Notes under the pieces: generated by a model
Database searches by the model: none
Told to the model about the DNA's origin: nothing
Seen by the model: only the letters and a program-made list of their open reading frames with translations
Assembly: GCA_043228905.1 (NCBI GenBank)
Contig: JBHGNT010000012.1
Coordinates: 12,772,001-12,836,000 of the forward strand
From: Azolla caroliniana
Lineage: Eukaryota; Plantae; Polypodiophyta
Direction of reading: 5' to 3'
Length of the DNA: 64,000 nucleotides
Position numbers and translations under genes: made by a program
In this document: positions 37,368-49,900 of the stretch, piece by piece
Layout of the letters: each line of letters begins with the position of its first letter
Position numbering within the stretch: the stretch's first letter is position 1

Positions 37368-37823
37368 TGTTACAGGCATGACCATATAATATCCCATGGT
37401 AAGATTGTACCATAGTATTCTATACACATGGCTAAAGTGTGAGGGTTAAACGAGACTGTAAAGAAGGGAAGGATTACTTTTAATACTTGGGATTGAGACA
37501 ACCCATTAAGGCCACGTGTGAACTTGCTTGCGGGCCTTAGGTCTGGCTATAAATATGATGCGTAGCTACCCTCATTGGATACATTATTGACTACGTTGAG
37601 ACTCTGTCCTTGTGGTAGATCAACTCTTGTAGTGAGCACATCAGTACTAGGTACGACTCGACGTCATGACAATGGTGCGGGACGCCTATCGAGGCTTGAG
37701 TCTGTCTTGATCCCTTCGTTCGGGGGTGGTTGAGTGGATCAACACCCATCTTTCTCTCTCCTCTCTTATTTTTGTATGCATTATATCCTTATTTCATGCT
37801 TACATTAGGATTTAGCTCTAACA
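37368..37823 (+). repeat. E 3' LTR (456 bp)
   Basis: TGTTAC...CTAACA following the PPT. Confidence 0.93.
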
Positions 37824-38820
37824 GCTAGCAAGACACGGGCAATCGTCATCTTCGTGACCAGCGCAAACGTGACATGGTAATCAATGTCGTGTTGCTGCAC
37901 ATACCCCTTTGCTACCAATCTGGCCTTCTACCAGTTGAAGGAGCTGTCGGCATTGTACTTCACCTTGTACCCCCACCTACATCTGATCGGCTTCACACCA
38001 TTGGGACCATCAACCAGGTTCCAAGTCTCATTGTCCGCCAATGCATGCATCTTTCCCTCCATGTCAGCACACCAATTTGCGTCCTTTATCGCTTTTGCAA
38101 AGCTCTCCGGCTCACGTATCGCCGTCACTTTCACCATATAAGAATAATGTTGCACCATGTACTCATTATACTCGTAGCTAATGACAAGGTTCTTCTTGCA
38201 GGATGATTGGTGAAATCTCGTTTTGCCCATCTTCAAGGCCCTTCTAGCCAACTCCGACCTCATTTCTGGAGGTCCATCTTTGCTCCTAAATGTGTCGGAT
38301 TCACTCCGTTTTGACTTGTCGGCCTCTGTGCCGTACTCCGGCATCTTTATCATCCCCTTCTCCTTGCGCATAAGGCGTCTCCTCGACTTCTGGCACGAGG
38401 ACTGCACGGATGAGTCTCTATTGCTCACCAGCTCATCATCCGACCAATTGTTCCAACATAGTCTCTCATTCGGCCCACTTAGCCACAATGAGATCCAACT
38501 CTCTTCTAGATTTCCAATTTCCTCCTCAACCAGGGGATCGGCCTCACTAACCTCATCTTCCAAATTCAGAGCGGAGTTAATATGGGTTGGACATGGAGCC
38601 AAGTACCACGAAGCCGACTCGCTGAATACGACACCTCGACTCACTCAGACCTATTTCTTTCAGGGTTTATAACACTTATAACCTTTCCGCTCGTTCGAGT
38701 AACCAACCAAAATGCACCTCTCAGCCTTCACGTCTAGTTTCCTCCTCTTCTCTTTCAGCACATGCACATATGCGATGCTACCGACCACCCTCAAGTGTCG
38801 CAGGTTCGTCCTTTCCTCCA
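37824..38820 (-). mobile_element. Copia family-B fragment B2 (integrase end, linker, RT start)
   Basis: ORF 37928-38644 homologous to 7230-8300 (EPESFA, NETWNLVD, CRWGYKVK). Confidence 0.88.
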
Positions 38821-38822
38821 GT

Positions 38823-41800
38823 TGTAGTGGTGTTCAGTCGAGAGTCGACTACTGAGAGCAACAACACAACAAGGTCGAACATTTTATCAAGAAACTGTGG
38901 AATTACAAATGGAATACGAACTAGCTTCCTATGCAGTTTTACGATACCATATAAATATATTGTGATCGACTAATTCACAGAATATAATTACGAGCAGAAT
39001 ATAACGGAGACGAATGGAACAATAAATAACTCAGAAAATACGCAACATAGATTTCTACAAACTAATAACTATATTAAACTCAAATTAGAACGATAGTGTT
39101 ACAATGTTCTCGGTTCCTTTTTATAGGTGACCCGAACAATAGACTCATCAAGAAATACATTTTGCCTTGTCGGCAAGAACTAACCAAAATCTTCTAACTA
39201 ACTGTAATATATGCATATATTTTTTATTTAGTCGGCAAAATGCTGACTCATTGATCCGCCTCATCGATCCGACTCGGACTCTATGTTTCTCCGAACATTG
39301 TCAACTCCTACACTTCCACACTTGTCCAACTCTTACCTGACCGGCTAACACTTTGGACGCTCGTGGGCCAAGACCTTGCCCAGTCGAACCCAAGGTATTT
39401 TCCTATGCTTGCTCTATTGGGTCAGGGTTGTTATCTTTGTTTTCATCGTCGTGGAGTATGACGAACAATGATGGTTCTTTTTCCTGTTCGTGTTCAGGGT
39501 CGCTACCGTTCTCGTTGGTGCTATTCTCCTCTTCGTCAATGTTGTTTGTCTATGGTGGTGGTTGTGGTTGTGCAGTGGATGCTCTGAGTTCAGCAGTCTG
39601 TTCCTATTGTTTTCGTTCGTAGTTGTCCAGCTTGACAGAAGTGTCGATGTCGTGAGCATCTAATTCCTCCATCAGCCGAGGTATTTCTTCCCGATGACTA
39701 GCTGCCAACTCATACAAGTCTCGAGCTAGGTCGTCTTGTATTGTAGAGATGGCCTCTTCTGTCATCTTGAAGAACCCTTGGCCTTGTGCTTTTTTGTTAT
39801 CTTTGTTGGCTTGTGAGAGTTGCAATTTGGTTGTCTGCGCCGACCAAGTCATCCATCCTCTGTTGAGGGAGTCGACTTCTAGTTATAACGTTTTGAGCTT
39901 GTTGGCTTTTAATATCGGTCGGACTTTTTCCTCGCCCATACTAACCTGGTATTGTGCCGATGCTAGTTCCTTACGTAGTTCAGTTATGTGTGCTTCGGCC
40001 GAAACTTGTTATGTTATCAATTTAGTCTCTACTACCAGCAACTCCAATCGATTTTTCTCATATTTTACTTCCAATTTGGCGCAAATTCTTGTTAAATCAG
40101 CATTCATTGAATTGAGACATTCTTTTTCATTTTCCTACGCCTCCCTTATGTAAATTGTTTGCATATGTTGGGCAAGCCATTCGACCAGTTCATATGATGT
40201 GCCGAATTGCATAATGGCTGCTAATTCATGTGCTGCTTATGGAAGTTCAGGTAATCCTAATACTTCCCTGGGAGGCATCAATTATGATTTCCCCTTCTCT
40301 ACCCTACTTGTGTCATTTGGATCGACATGTCTTTCCTCTTCTTCTTGCTTCTACTATGTTTCCACTCTCTGTCGTTTCGCAGTTGGTGCTTCTTTGGCAT
40401 CGTTGAGCATTTCGCTTTGTCTGTCGGGTTCATTGCGTTGCGTTTGGGTTCGGAACTTGTTCTTGAACAGGTGGAGGTGTCAGAATTTGTGCCGACTTCG
40501 GTATTGTTGTGTTAGGCATAGGAGTCGTTATTGGCTTCTGCTATTGCTTGGGTACGGCTTCTGAATGTCGGATTGATTCCGACTACTGTGTGTCGACAGT
40601 TGTCGGCTCCAGTTCTTGCCATGCTTCTCGTGGCACATCTCTTCGGGTCCTTTCTGTTGTCTATGGCACTAATTTCCCCCCTATCCTTGGGGTGCTACGC
40701 CAACTCTCTCAACAAGGTGTCAGGAAGAGTACTATAGCCATCTAGCGAATATCAGTTTCATGGGTTTGCCAATTTGAACCCCTTTGAACTGCTCTCTGAG
40801 CACCTCCCCGCTCAAGTATCCCCAATCAAATACCTCCCCTTCATATGTAGATAATAATAAAACTTGCCTATTTTTTAGGCATACAATAGAATCAGGGACT
40901 AACGAATGCAACCTCTACAAGAAACTTGGCGACCTCATGAAAGAATTCATCTTGACCGCCTTGAGTTTGATATGCTTTGGCCGATAGCGAATAATCACCA
41001 AAATATGACCGCAGCACTTCCGGTTTCAAACTTTCCATCGCATAAAATCCTTCTCTTCTAAGATTAAGCAAGCGACGTACCTGTTTGTTGGTGATTTTGG
41101 CAACGTCGATTTGATGGATTATTTCTGCGGCGCATGGGTGTGGTTTGGCATCTGCAACTTGCAAATACCCTTCCAATTCTTTATTGCATAGCCACTATCG
41201 CAATCCGTCTTATATAGGAATCAGCATGTTCTCGTCTTAGGAAATGTCAGAACTGTTGAGCGATGGGTAGTTGTATTGTTGTCTTCAGAGAGAAGATGAG
41301 GAAAATCTGTGTACTTTGTGCACCCGAAATTTTTTCTATTTTTGTTAGATAGAAAGTGGGAAGGTAGGGTTTTGAGGGAGTAGACGTTTCATTTTCTTGA
41401 GGAAAAGAGAATATACTATTTATGACAATATGTTATTTATTACAGTGATAGTACGAATATAGTAATAATAGCTCCACCACTCGTAATGAATGTTGCATGA
41501 TTTTCTGGCTTGTCCATGTACAGTTAGAAAAAGACCATGCCAAGAAGTCATCATGCTTTTTCTGTTATCTATTTGCCAAGACTAATTGTCTGGTTTAATA
41601 CTAATAATATTTTTATTTATTTTTTAATACTAATAATATTTACATTCGTGACTTTGCCATGTCTTGCCACGTCACGACAGGGTTGGTTGACTGTCAGTGT
41701 CGTCTCTAACTCCGACTTGAAATGGATTTGTTGGCATTGATCCCTTATATGGTTTTAGTCGAAAACCATTTACCCATTTCGGCATAATTTCTCCTGAGAG

Positions 41801-42035
41801 TGTGCCGACCTGATATGTACCATTATTGTTGTCGATTATTCAAAATGGCCCCGTCCATCGAAATCAAAATTTTCCAGGCATTGAACCCATCTTAGTCTGG
41901 GAGACTAGTATAGGCTTATCGATTGCGAACATCTTTTGTTTTTGTTTTCGGTGTTGGTCAACAAATGCCCTTGTCTGCCTTTGTTTTAGCTCTAGTGCTC
42001 ACATCACTTGCAACCGATTTTCTTGTAATCGAAAC
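38823..42035 (-). mobile_element. A5: old, divergent relative of family A (integrase end, ORF2, 3' LTR)
   Basis: Integrase tail ~41700-42035 (KWVNGFRLKPY); ORF2 pieces 40892-41176 and 39604-39852; LTR begins TGTTAGCCGG at 39350 (minus). The left boundary is approximate. Confidence 0.8.
39400..41300 (-). pseudogene. A5 ORF2 homolog, degraded
   Basis: SYFGDYSLSAKAYQTQGGQDEFFHEVA versus A3 RYFGEYSVAGKGYRTQGGEDPLFREIA; C-terminal block also alignable. Confidence 0.82.
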
Positions 42036-42505
42036 TGTTACCGGCCGGCAAAGAAGGCTAAAGGAGGTCCAAACTCCAAACCAGAGTGTGAAAGGAATAG
42101 TTATTCGGGAATTGTTGGAATTAGTAGTCTTAATATATACATATTATTATATAAGAAGATTTGGACGGACGGACCGGAATCGGTATGCCGATCCGGATCC
42201 GGAACGATTCGGTAAAGGTGCCGTTTGGCACCGTTTTGTATTTCGCACCGGAGACCTATATAAAGCCCCGGTTACAATGTAATCAGGAGCGGATAATTAA
42301 TAAAGCTTATGGTCTTAATCTTCAAGTGTTGATTACAGTTCTGTGATTATTGTCATATCTTACGCGTGTTAATTACGGATGGCTAAGTAATCGATTAAGT
42401 TCTAATTAAGCGTTGTGCCGTAAGTCATTCTGTCGTACCACCCTTTGGTGACGTGTCTTAAGTGGACACCCTGTGTTAGGCTGTTGTCCGGCCCTAGCAA
42501 TAACA
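42036..42505 (+). repeat. A4 5' LTR
   Basis: TGTTACCGGCCGG...AATAACA followed by TGGCGACCAC. Confidence 0.92.
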
Positions 42506-44963
42506 CAATTTTTGGCGACCACAATTCCTGCATTATCGTAGAGAACAGCGGCAGGAATGGATGACGAGGCCAATAGACGACCCGGTTACAGAGAGAGCAC
42601 GAAGACTGGCTGAATGAAGACGGCGGCGAGAGGCTTTTCAGCAAGCAACAGAAGAAATCCGAACGGATCGATCATTTTCCAAAGTAATCCGGAAAGTGGC
42701 GGACAAGTCGCTCCGTCAGCAATAAAACGCCTACCCACACGAAGGAAGCACCTTAAGCAGCCTCCGGGAAGCGGAAACCCTTCTCTAGGCCCTGGCCAGA
42801 AGAGAAGGCGAATCCGAAGCATTCTCAGCAGTGGAATCGGATACGGAGGGGGTTACAGCACGCATACAAACTATCGCAGCAGTAACGACACCCTAGGAGG
42901 ACCGGAGGACGAGGAGTCGGATACTTTACCGACACTGGAACCAGAGTTGGCAGACCAAGAACTTCTGGCACTCGTCGTGGAGCAACCACCGGCACTCGTC
43001 GGGGAGCAACCTCCGGAGACGGAAGTACACCGGCAAAAACCTCCAACACCGGAAGTCGAGCCGGCAACACCAAAGGAAAACCGGCAAAGACCTCAAACGC
43101 TGGCGGAACAACAGGAAAGACTACCAACACCGCCAGACCGCGTACCGATATGTCGTTCCAATACTCCAAGTATCGGGATGACCCGGACGCGGAGGCTCAC
43201 GTTCACGCATTTGAACAAACATGGGAAGCAAACCATGTGTCACAACGGTTAACCGCGGCAGAAGAAGAACGATCTAAGATAGCTGAATTCGGCGTAACAT
43301 TAGAAGGACCGGCTGCCAGATGGCACTAAACGCAGGATCGCAACACCATCACCAGCTTTGCGGACCTGAAAGACAAATTCTTGCAATTCTTCCAGAAGGA
43401 GGTGGATGAGCGAGAAATGGTGGGCTTATTTTACACAATTCGGTAGGACCCCGGCGAGAGCATCCCACAGTTTGTCATCCGGTTTCAACGGAGGAAGAAA
43501 CGCGGGCTATATTTTTAGCCGCGCTCCGGGAACTTCTACGAATGGTATGCACGGTCATTGACTTTCGCACAAGCACCGTCGACCAGGTCATCGACCGGGT
43601 TCGAGAAATGGAGAAAACGAGCTCTTGGCTAACAATGGGAGCCCTCCAACGAGCATTACCAACCGATGAGGATCTCCGTTTCCGGCAAGCAATCAAATTC
43701 ACGACTTGCTTGAATTCCGGACACTCGTCACTGGAGTGCACCATGAGGACGCACTGCTTACTCTGCCAATCTACAAGCCACATGATGGACCGGTGCGAAT
43801 ATAACTTATTGAATCGGCAAGCTCCACCAGTCCGACAAATTGAGCCACGTAGAAGCCGAGACGAAGAAGACGAACGCTAGCGACGAGAGGAGCGATATCG
43901 ACCGGCACAAGATGTCTGGTACGACAATCGGCGAGATAACTACGACCGGTACAAGAGATACGACAAGTACCGAGAATACAATGGATGGTACGAGCATCAC
44001 AACCGGGATCACTCCCCCGGGTACCACCAACGACGGGAGGAGTACGGGAGGTATGACGACCAACCCCGGCAAGGGTACCGCAACAAAAAGAACTTTAATA
44101 AAAAACGGCATTTCAAAAATGGGAACCACCCACGTGAACCGGAAGAAGGCGCCTCATGCAGCCAACCAGACCAGAGCCCCACGGTTACCACAAGTCCTCC
44201 ATCGGGTACAGGAAACAATGCCGAGTTCAGCAACACCCGGAAAGCATATTGCTATTACTACCGGCAAGAAGGACATTATAGTAATCAATGTCTGGCAAAA
44301 ATCTACGATAAGCGACTAGCAGTAAACATGGTAGTCGCAAACCTCCAACAGGTTACCACAACGTCGAAGGGGAAGACTACAGAATGGGAGACACAAGAGG
44401 CCATCTGGAAACAAGCAACGGAATGGGTAAAAAAGGCCAATGAGCGAAACGTAGCAGAACTCGCGCAACAGAAGGAGAACACCGAAGAGCTCGCCGGAAG
44501 CAGTCAGTCCGAAAACGCGAGATGGCAGGTATTGCAGGAATGCCAGTTCACGCTGTCGTTGGGACAACTCTTGCAGCTAGTACCAAGATTCACAGAAGGA
44601 CTCAAGGAAGGGATGACGACGGGCGGAACACCACCGGCTCCGACATTCTTCTCAAATCCGGAGGAGGGACCGACCGTGGTGGACACCAATAGTCCGGCAA
44701 TTACGACCATTGTGAAAGGGAAAGAACTCCCTGACACAATAATAGACGGAGGCTCCGGCGTTAATGTAATCAGCCTCCGGACATGCGATTCTCTTGGAAT
44801 CCGAGAGTGGGAGCCATGTTCGTTCTGGCTCCGAATGGCTGACACAAGTTCGGTGCGATCGACAGTATTAATACGGAATTTGGAAGTAACCATCGGGGGC
44901 CACACATTCCGAATCTCAGCCGTAGTTCTCCAGTTGTAGGCTCAAGGAGCGTACCCATTATTG

Positions 44964-45709
44964 TGATAGGAACTCAAGGCTCCTTATGTCCAACACTCGG
45001 CCACAACCGAGCTTCTTTTCATACGCAGAAAACGGGAAACAAATGCACGACACAGTGGAGAGGAAAAATAATAGTACACAGGAGGTTTACGTGGAAAACC
45101 CCAAACTAGGGGAAAAACCACGGCAGCCCACAGGCTGCAAACTGTCACTATGTGAGAATGTACAACAGTGAGTTCACTGAGGCAACGACCTCGTGCTCAC
45201 AAATCTTCGCCACACGCGGCGGTTACAATAGAGGCAATGACCTCTTTCTCTCTCTCTCTGTACACTATTACGTGCTCTCTCTTCTTCTTGCACCAACAAA
45301 GAAAAATGACAACAACAACAGTTACTAAAAGTTTGCCCTAAGTCATATTTATACTAATATGACTTTTCGGCTATTTACAAATGTAGCCTCGATGGGCTCT
45401 CAGAAACATATTTACGAATATGTCTCTTCATCCGGTTCTCACCGGGTCTGTACCATTCGGCTCTCCGTAGCCGGGTACTCCTCATCCGGTTCATACCGGG
45501 CCTGCACCATCCGGCTCTCCGTAGCCGGGTACTCCTCATCTGGTTCATACCGGGCCTACACCATCCGCCTCTCCATAGCCGGGTACTCCTCATCCGGTTC
45601 ATACCGGGTCTGCACCATCCGGCTCTCCGTAGCCGGGTACTCCTCATACGGTTTCGGCCATCGGCACTGTTCTTCTTCCTTCCCATCCGGAGGGACCTGC
45701 TTCCCAACA
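44964..45709 (-). repeat. C 3' LTR (746 bp; four 54-bp repeats at ~45428-45645)
   Basis: Aligns with 59914-60765. Confidence 0.95.
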
Positions 45710-45719
45710 AACTCCCCCT

Positions 45720-46443
45720 TCACTCCGGCATGGGGTGTCTTACCAGCCCGATCTTCTTCCGGCATGCGTTCAGCTTGTCTGGTCTCAACACTTTGGTCAG
45801 CATATCTGACCCGTTCTCGGTCGTGTGGATCTTCGTCAATGCGAACTCCTGGTCATCTACTCTTTCCCGGATCCAGTGATACCTCCGCTGGATATGCTTC
45901 GTCCGGGAATGGTAGGCCGCATTCTTAGCAAGGTGGATGGCACTTGGACTGTCGCAATAGAGTCGGTATTCCTCTTGCCGTTTACCGAGCTCTCCGATGA
46001 AGTCGTTCATCCATAAAATTTCCTTGCCGGCTTCCACAGCCGCCATGTACTCCGCCTCCGTGGTTGACAATGCAACCGTCTTCTGCAGCCTCAACTGCCA
46101 CGAAACAGCTCCCCCTACATATGTCATTACATACCCGGATGTAGACCGGCTGGTATCCACATCAGCCGACATGTCCGAATCGGTGAAACCATCCAGTTGA
46201 GGTTTTCCGGAGCCGAATCGGAGACACATATTTGAAGTGCCCTTCAAATACCGGAGTATCCATTTCTGCCTTCTCTGCTTTTGTCTTCGGGCTTTGCTTG
46301 CCGGATAGCTTGCAGTTTGCCGGAAGTGTTGATCCGACCGGCTTTGCTTCTGACATGTTGAACCGGTGAAGCACCTTTGTCACATACTTCTCCTGTGATA
46401 GCCATAATTGCTTTGCTGACTGGTTCCGGATGATGTGCATCCC
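45720..46443 (-). pseudogene. C pol 3' part (RT end, RNase H)
   Basis: FTDSDMSAD, ALSTTEAEY, SDMLTK. Confidence 0.92.
46069..46443 (+). repeat. 375-bp target duplication, left copy (flanks A3)
   Basis: Repeated at 56337-56700 apart from an 11-bp deletion. Confidence 0.95.
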
Positions 46444-46862
46444 TGTTACTGGCCGGCAAGGAGTCCAAAATACGGAGTGAAGGAATTAATTAGATATGGT
46501 TGTAAATGAGCATAGTGTGGACGGACGGACTGGAAACGGTATGCCGTTCCAGATCCGGACGGATCCCGAATAGGTGCGAGAGGCACCGTTTTGTACTACG
46601 GGCCGGAAACCTATTTAAAGGCCCGGACCCCATTGTAATGACAACGGATAATTAATAGAGCTTATGATGTTTATACTTCTGTCTTGATTTCCGTTCTGTA
46701 ATTACTGTTATATCTTACGCGTGTAATTAACCAAAGCATTCTAATCGTGTAACCTATGTAAGTCGGTGTAATCGTTGAATCTTAATCCTATGCCGTAATC
46801 ACCCTTTGGTGAAGTGTCTCCGTGACACCTTGTGTTAGGCCTTGTCCGGCTAGAGAATAACA
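46444..46862 (+). repeat. A3 5' LTR (419 bp)
   Basis: TGTTA...ATAACA termini. Confidence 0.96.
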
Positions 46863-46868
46863 CAGTTT

Positions 46869-46880
46869 TGGCGACCACGA
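46869..46880 (+). promoter_or_regulatory. PBS, probably tRNA-Arg, 6 nt from the LTR
   Basis: TGGCGACCACGA; the first 10 nt match the 3' end of tRNA-Arg(UCG) as recalled; conserved in A2 and A4. Confidence 0.7.
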
Positions 46881-46913
46881 TTCCTGCTTTCTCGCAGCGA
46901 ACGACGGTAATGG

Positions 46914-49900
46914 ATGACTAGACCAACGCACGACTTGGTTACAGACCGAGCTCGACACCTCGCCGAACGGCAAAGACGGCGTGAGACTTTCCAGCAAGCA
47001 GCGCAGGAAATTCGCTCGGATCGTTCGTTCTCCAACGAGATCCGGAGAGTCGCGGAGGAATCTCTCCGGTTACGGCAAACTCGCGACCAGGACGACGGAA
47101 GCAGTCTAAGTAGTCTCCGGGAAACCGAACGCCTCCTGGAGGCACTGGCAAGCGGAGAAAACGAGGCAGAAGCCTTTTCAGCCTACGAATCGGATTCCGA
47201 AGGGGGATACAGCGTGCACACGAACTACCGGAGCAGCAACGATACCCCCGGCGGCCCGGAGGACGACGGGTCGGATACCGTGCCGACTCCAGAACCGGAA
47301 CCGCTCAACCAGGGCTATCCGGAACCGCAAACGGAAGCCGTCAACCCACCAACACCGGAAGTGGAAGAAGCAAAGCCACCAACACCAACGAAAGAGCCGG
47401 CAAAGGTACCGGAAGAAGAGCCGGAAAAAGAACCGGAAAAAGAACCGGAAAAAGCATCGGCAAAAGAACCGGAAGTGGAACCGGAGAAAGAACCGGAAAG
47501 ATATCAACAAACGCCACTAAACCGCGGCCTAATACTGGACGACGACATGCTGTTCCAATACTCAAAGTATCGCGATGACCCGGACGCGGAAGCGCATGTT
47601 CATGACTTCGAGCAGACATGGGAAGCAAATCACACGTCCCAACGAATGACACCGGAGGAAGAAGAACGCTCGAAGGTAGCGGAATTCGGAGTCACGTTGG
47701 AGGGACCGGCGACACGATGGCGGCGGACGCAGGACCCGGCGACCATCACAACCTTTGCAGAATTAAAAGCAAAATTCTTGCATTTTTTCCACAAGGAGGT
47801 CGACCAGACGACAATGGTGGGCCTGTTTTATACGATCCGGCAGGAGGCAGGGGAAAGCATTCCCCAATTCGTCATCCGTTTCCAACGAATGCATAGCCAG
47901 CTTGCCCGTGCACCCCCGGAGGAGGAATTACGGACGATATTTTTAAACGCACTCCGGGAACCGTTACGCACGGTGTGTACGGTAATCGACTTTCGAGGAT
48001 GCACCATCGACCAGGTCATTGACCGGGTCAGAGAAATGGAAAAGACAAGCTCATGGCTTACGCTGGGAACACTGCAACGGGCGTTACCCACCGAGGAAGA
48101 TCTCCGGTTCCGGCAGGCAATTCAATGCACAATCTGCTTGAATGCCGGACACTCGGCAGTAGAGTGCACCATGCGCACTCAGTGTGTGATTTGTCAATCC
48201 AACAGTCATACAACGGACCGGTGCGAGTACAACCTGTTAAATCGACAAGCACCACCCGTCCGACGGATCGAGCCAAGAAGCAGCCGAGACGAAGATGACG
48301 ATCGTTGGCAAAGAATGAACCGGTACCCACCGGCACAGGATGTCCGGTACGGGGACAGGCAAGAGAATGATGGCCGGTACGGGAATCGGCGTGATAACTA
48401 CGACCGGTATGAGCGATCGGACCGTTATCGGGAGCCCAACAGACGACACGAGCAATACGACAGAGACCATTCCCCGGGTTACCGAAGGCACCAGGAGGAC
48501 TACGGCCGATTTTACGATTTACCACGACCGGACTACCGAAATAAAAATAAGAATAATAAGAAACGTAATTTCAAGAAAGGTGGTCACACTAGGGACCCGG
48601 AACAGGGAACCCCAAGGAGCCAACCGGCACAGAATGCACCACTCACTACGGGACCGACTCCGGCTACCAGCAATGCTGAATCCAGCAATACCCGTAAAGA
48701 GTACTGCTACTACTGCAGGCAGGAAGGCCACTACAGTAACCAGTGCCCGGTAAAGAGCTACGAGAAACGACCAGCAGTTAATATGGTGGTTCCGGAAGTG
48801 GCGGATTTACAGCAAGTAACCACACGGTCGAAAGGCATGGCCAAAGAATGGGAAACACAAGAGGCCATACGAAAACAGGCGACGGAATGGGTGAAGGAAG
48901 CCAATGAAAGGAACGTCGCGGACGCGGAACGGCAAAAGGCGAATACCATAGGGAGTGCCGGCGGTAGCCACCCAGAAAACGAGACATGGCAAGCACTACA
49001 AGAATGTCAGATCACGTTACCATTAGGAAGACTCTTGCAGCTCGTGCCGCGATTCACAGAAGGACTAAAAACGGTCATGACAGACGGTATAGCCCCACCG
49101 GCACCAGTCCTCTTCTCGAATCCGGAGGAGGGACCGACGGTGGTGGACACTAGTAGTCCGGCGATTACAGCTATTGTCAAAGGGCACGAACTTCCCGGCA
49201 CCGTAATCGATGGAGGTTCCGGGGTGAACGTAATAAGCCTCCGTACGTGTGATGCCTTGGGTATACATGAATGGGAGCCAGGCCCGTTCTGGCTACGGAT
49301 GGCGGATACGAGCTCGGTACGGCCGACGGGCTTAATACGGAAATTGGAAGTCACCATAGGAGGTCACACATTTCACATCTCGGCTGTAGTGCTGCAGCTA
49401 CAGGCGCAAGGCGCGTACCCTCTGTTGCTGGGCAGACCATGGTTGAAAATAGCACACATCAAGCAAAATTGGCGAAAAAATATGATTACCTTCCGGCGCG
49501 GAAAAGCCAAGGTCCGGGTACCGACACAACCACGGACGAGCAACGGTAAGGAATGCACACCGCTGTATGCGGAATGTGTGAACATGCTTGAAGGATTGGC
49601 AGACGACGAAGAAGCCCAGTACTTGGAGGAACACCCGAAGATCGTACCACTCTTCGAGATTGACGTAGCTGAAGCCGTAGCCCCATACTTGCCGCAGCGG
49701 GACGACACCGAAGCCGAACCAGACAAAGATGCGATTCGGGAATTACGGCAAGCACAGGAAGCGTTGGAACGGGAAATGGCCGTTTCCCAACGGGTAAAAG
49801 CATCCCAGCTCGACGAAGTGAACCTAGGAAGCAAGGACGAATCAAAGCCGGTACACATCGCCAAAGAAATGAAGCTGGAAGATAAAGCGGCGATGATCAA

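Larger units (their letters stand above)
14706..37823 (+). mobile_element. Family-E chromodomain Ty3/Gypsy, near full length and decayed, host of A2
   Basis: 5' LTR 14706-15147 (first ~13 nt missing), Met PBS, gag from 15896, pol ~34300-37350, PPT AGAGGGGGGAG, 3' LTR 37368-37823. Confidence 0.92.

Noticed and set aside
38815-38840. A5 U5 end as a third aberrant junction
   Set aside because: There is no partner LTR or second flank in the window, so neither the terminus nor a duplication can be defined.
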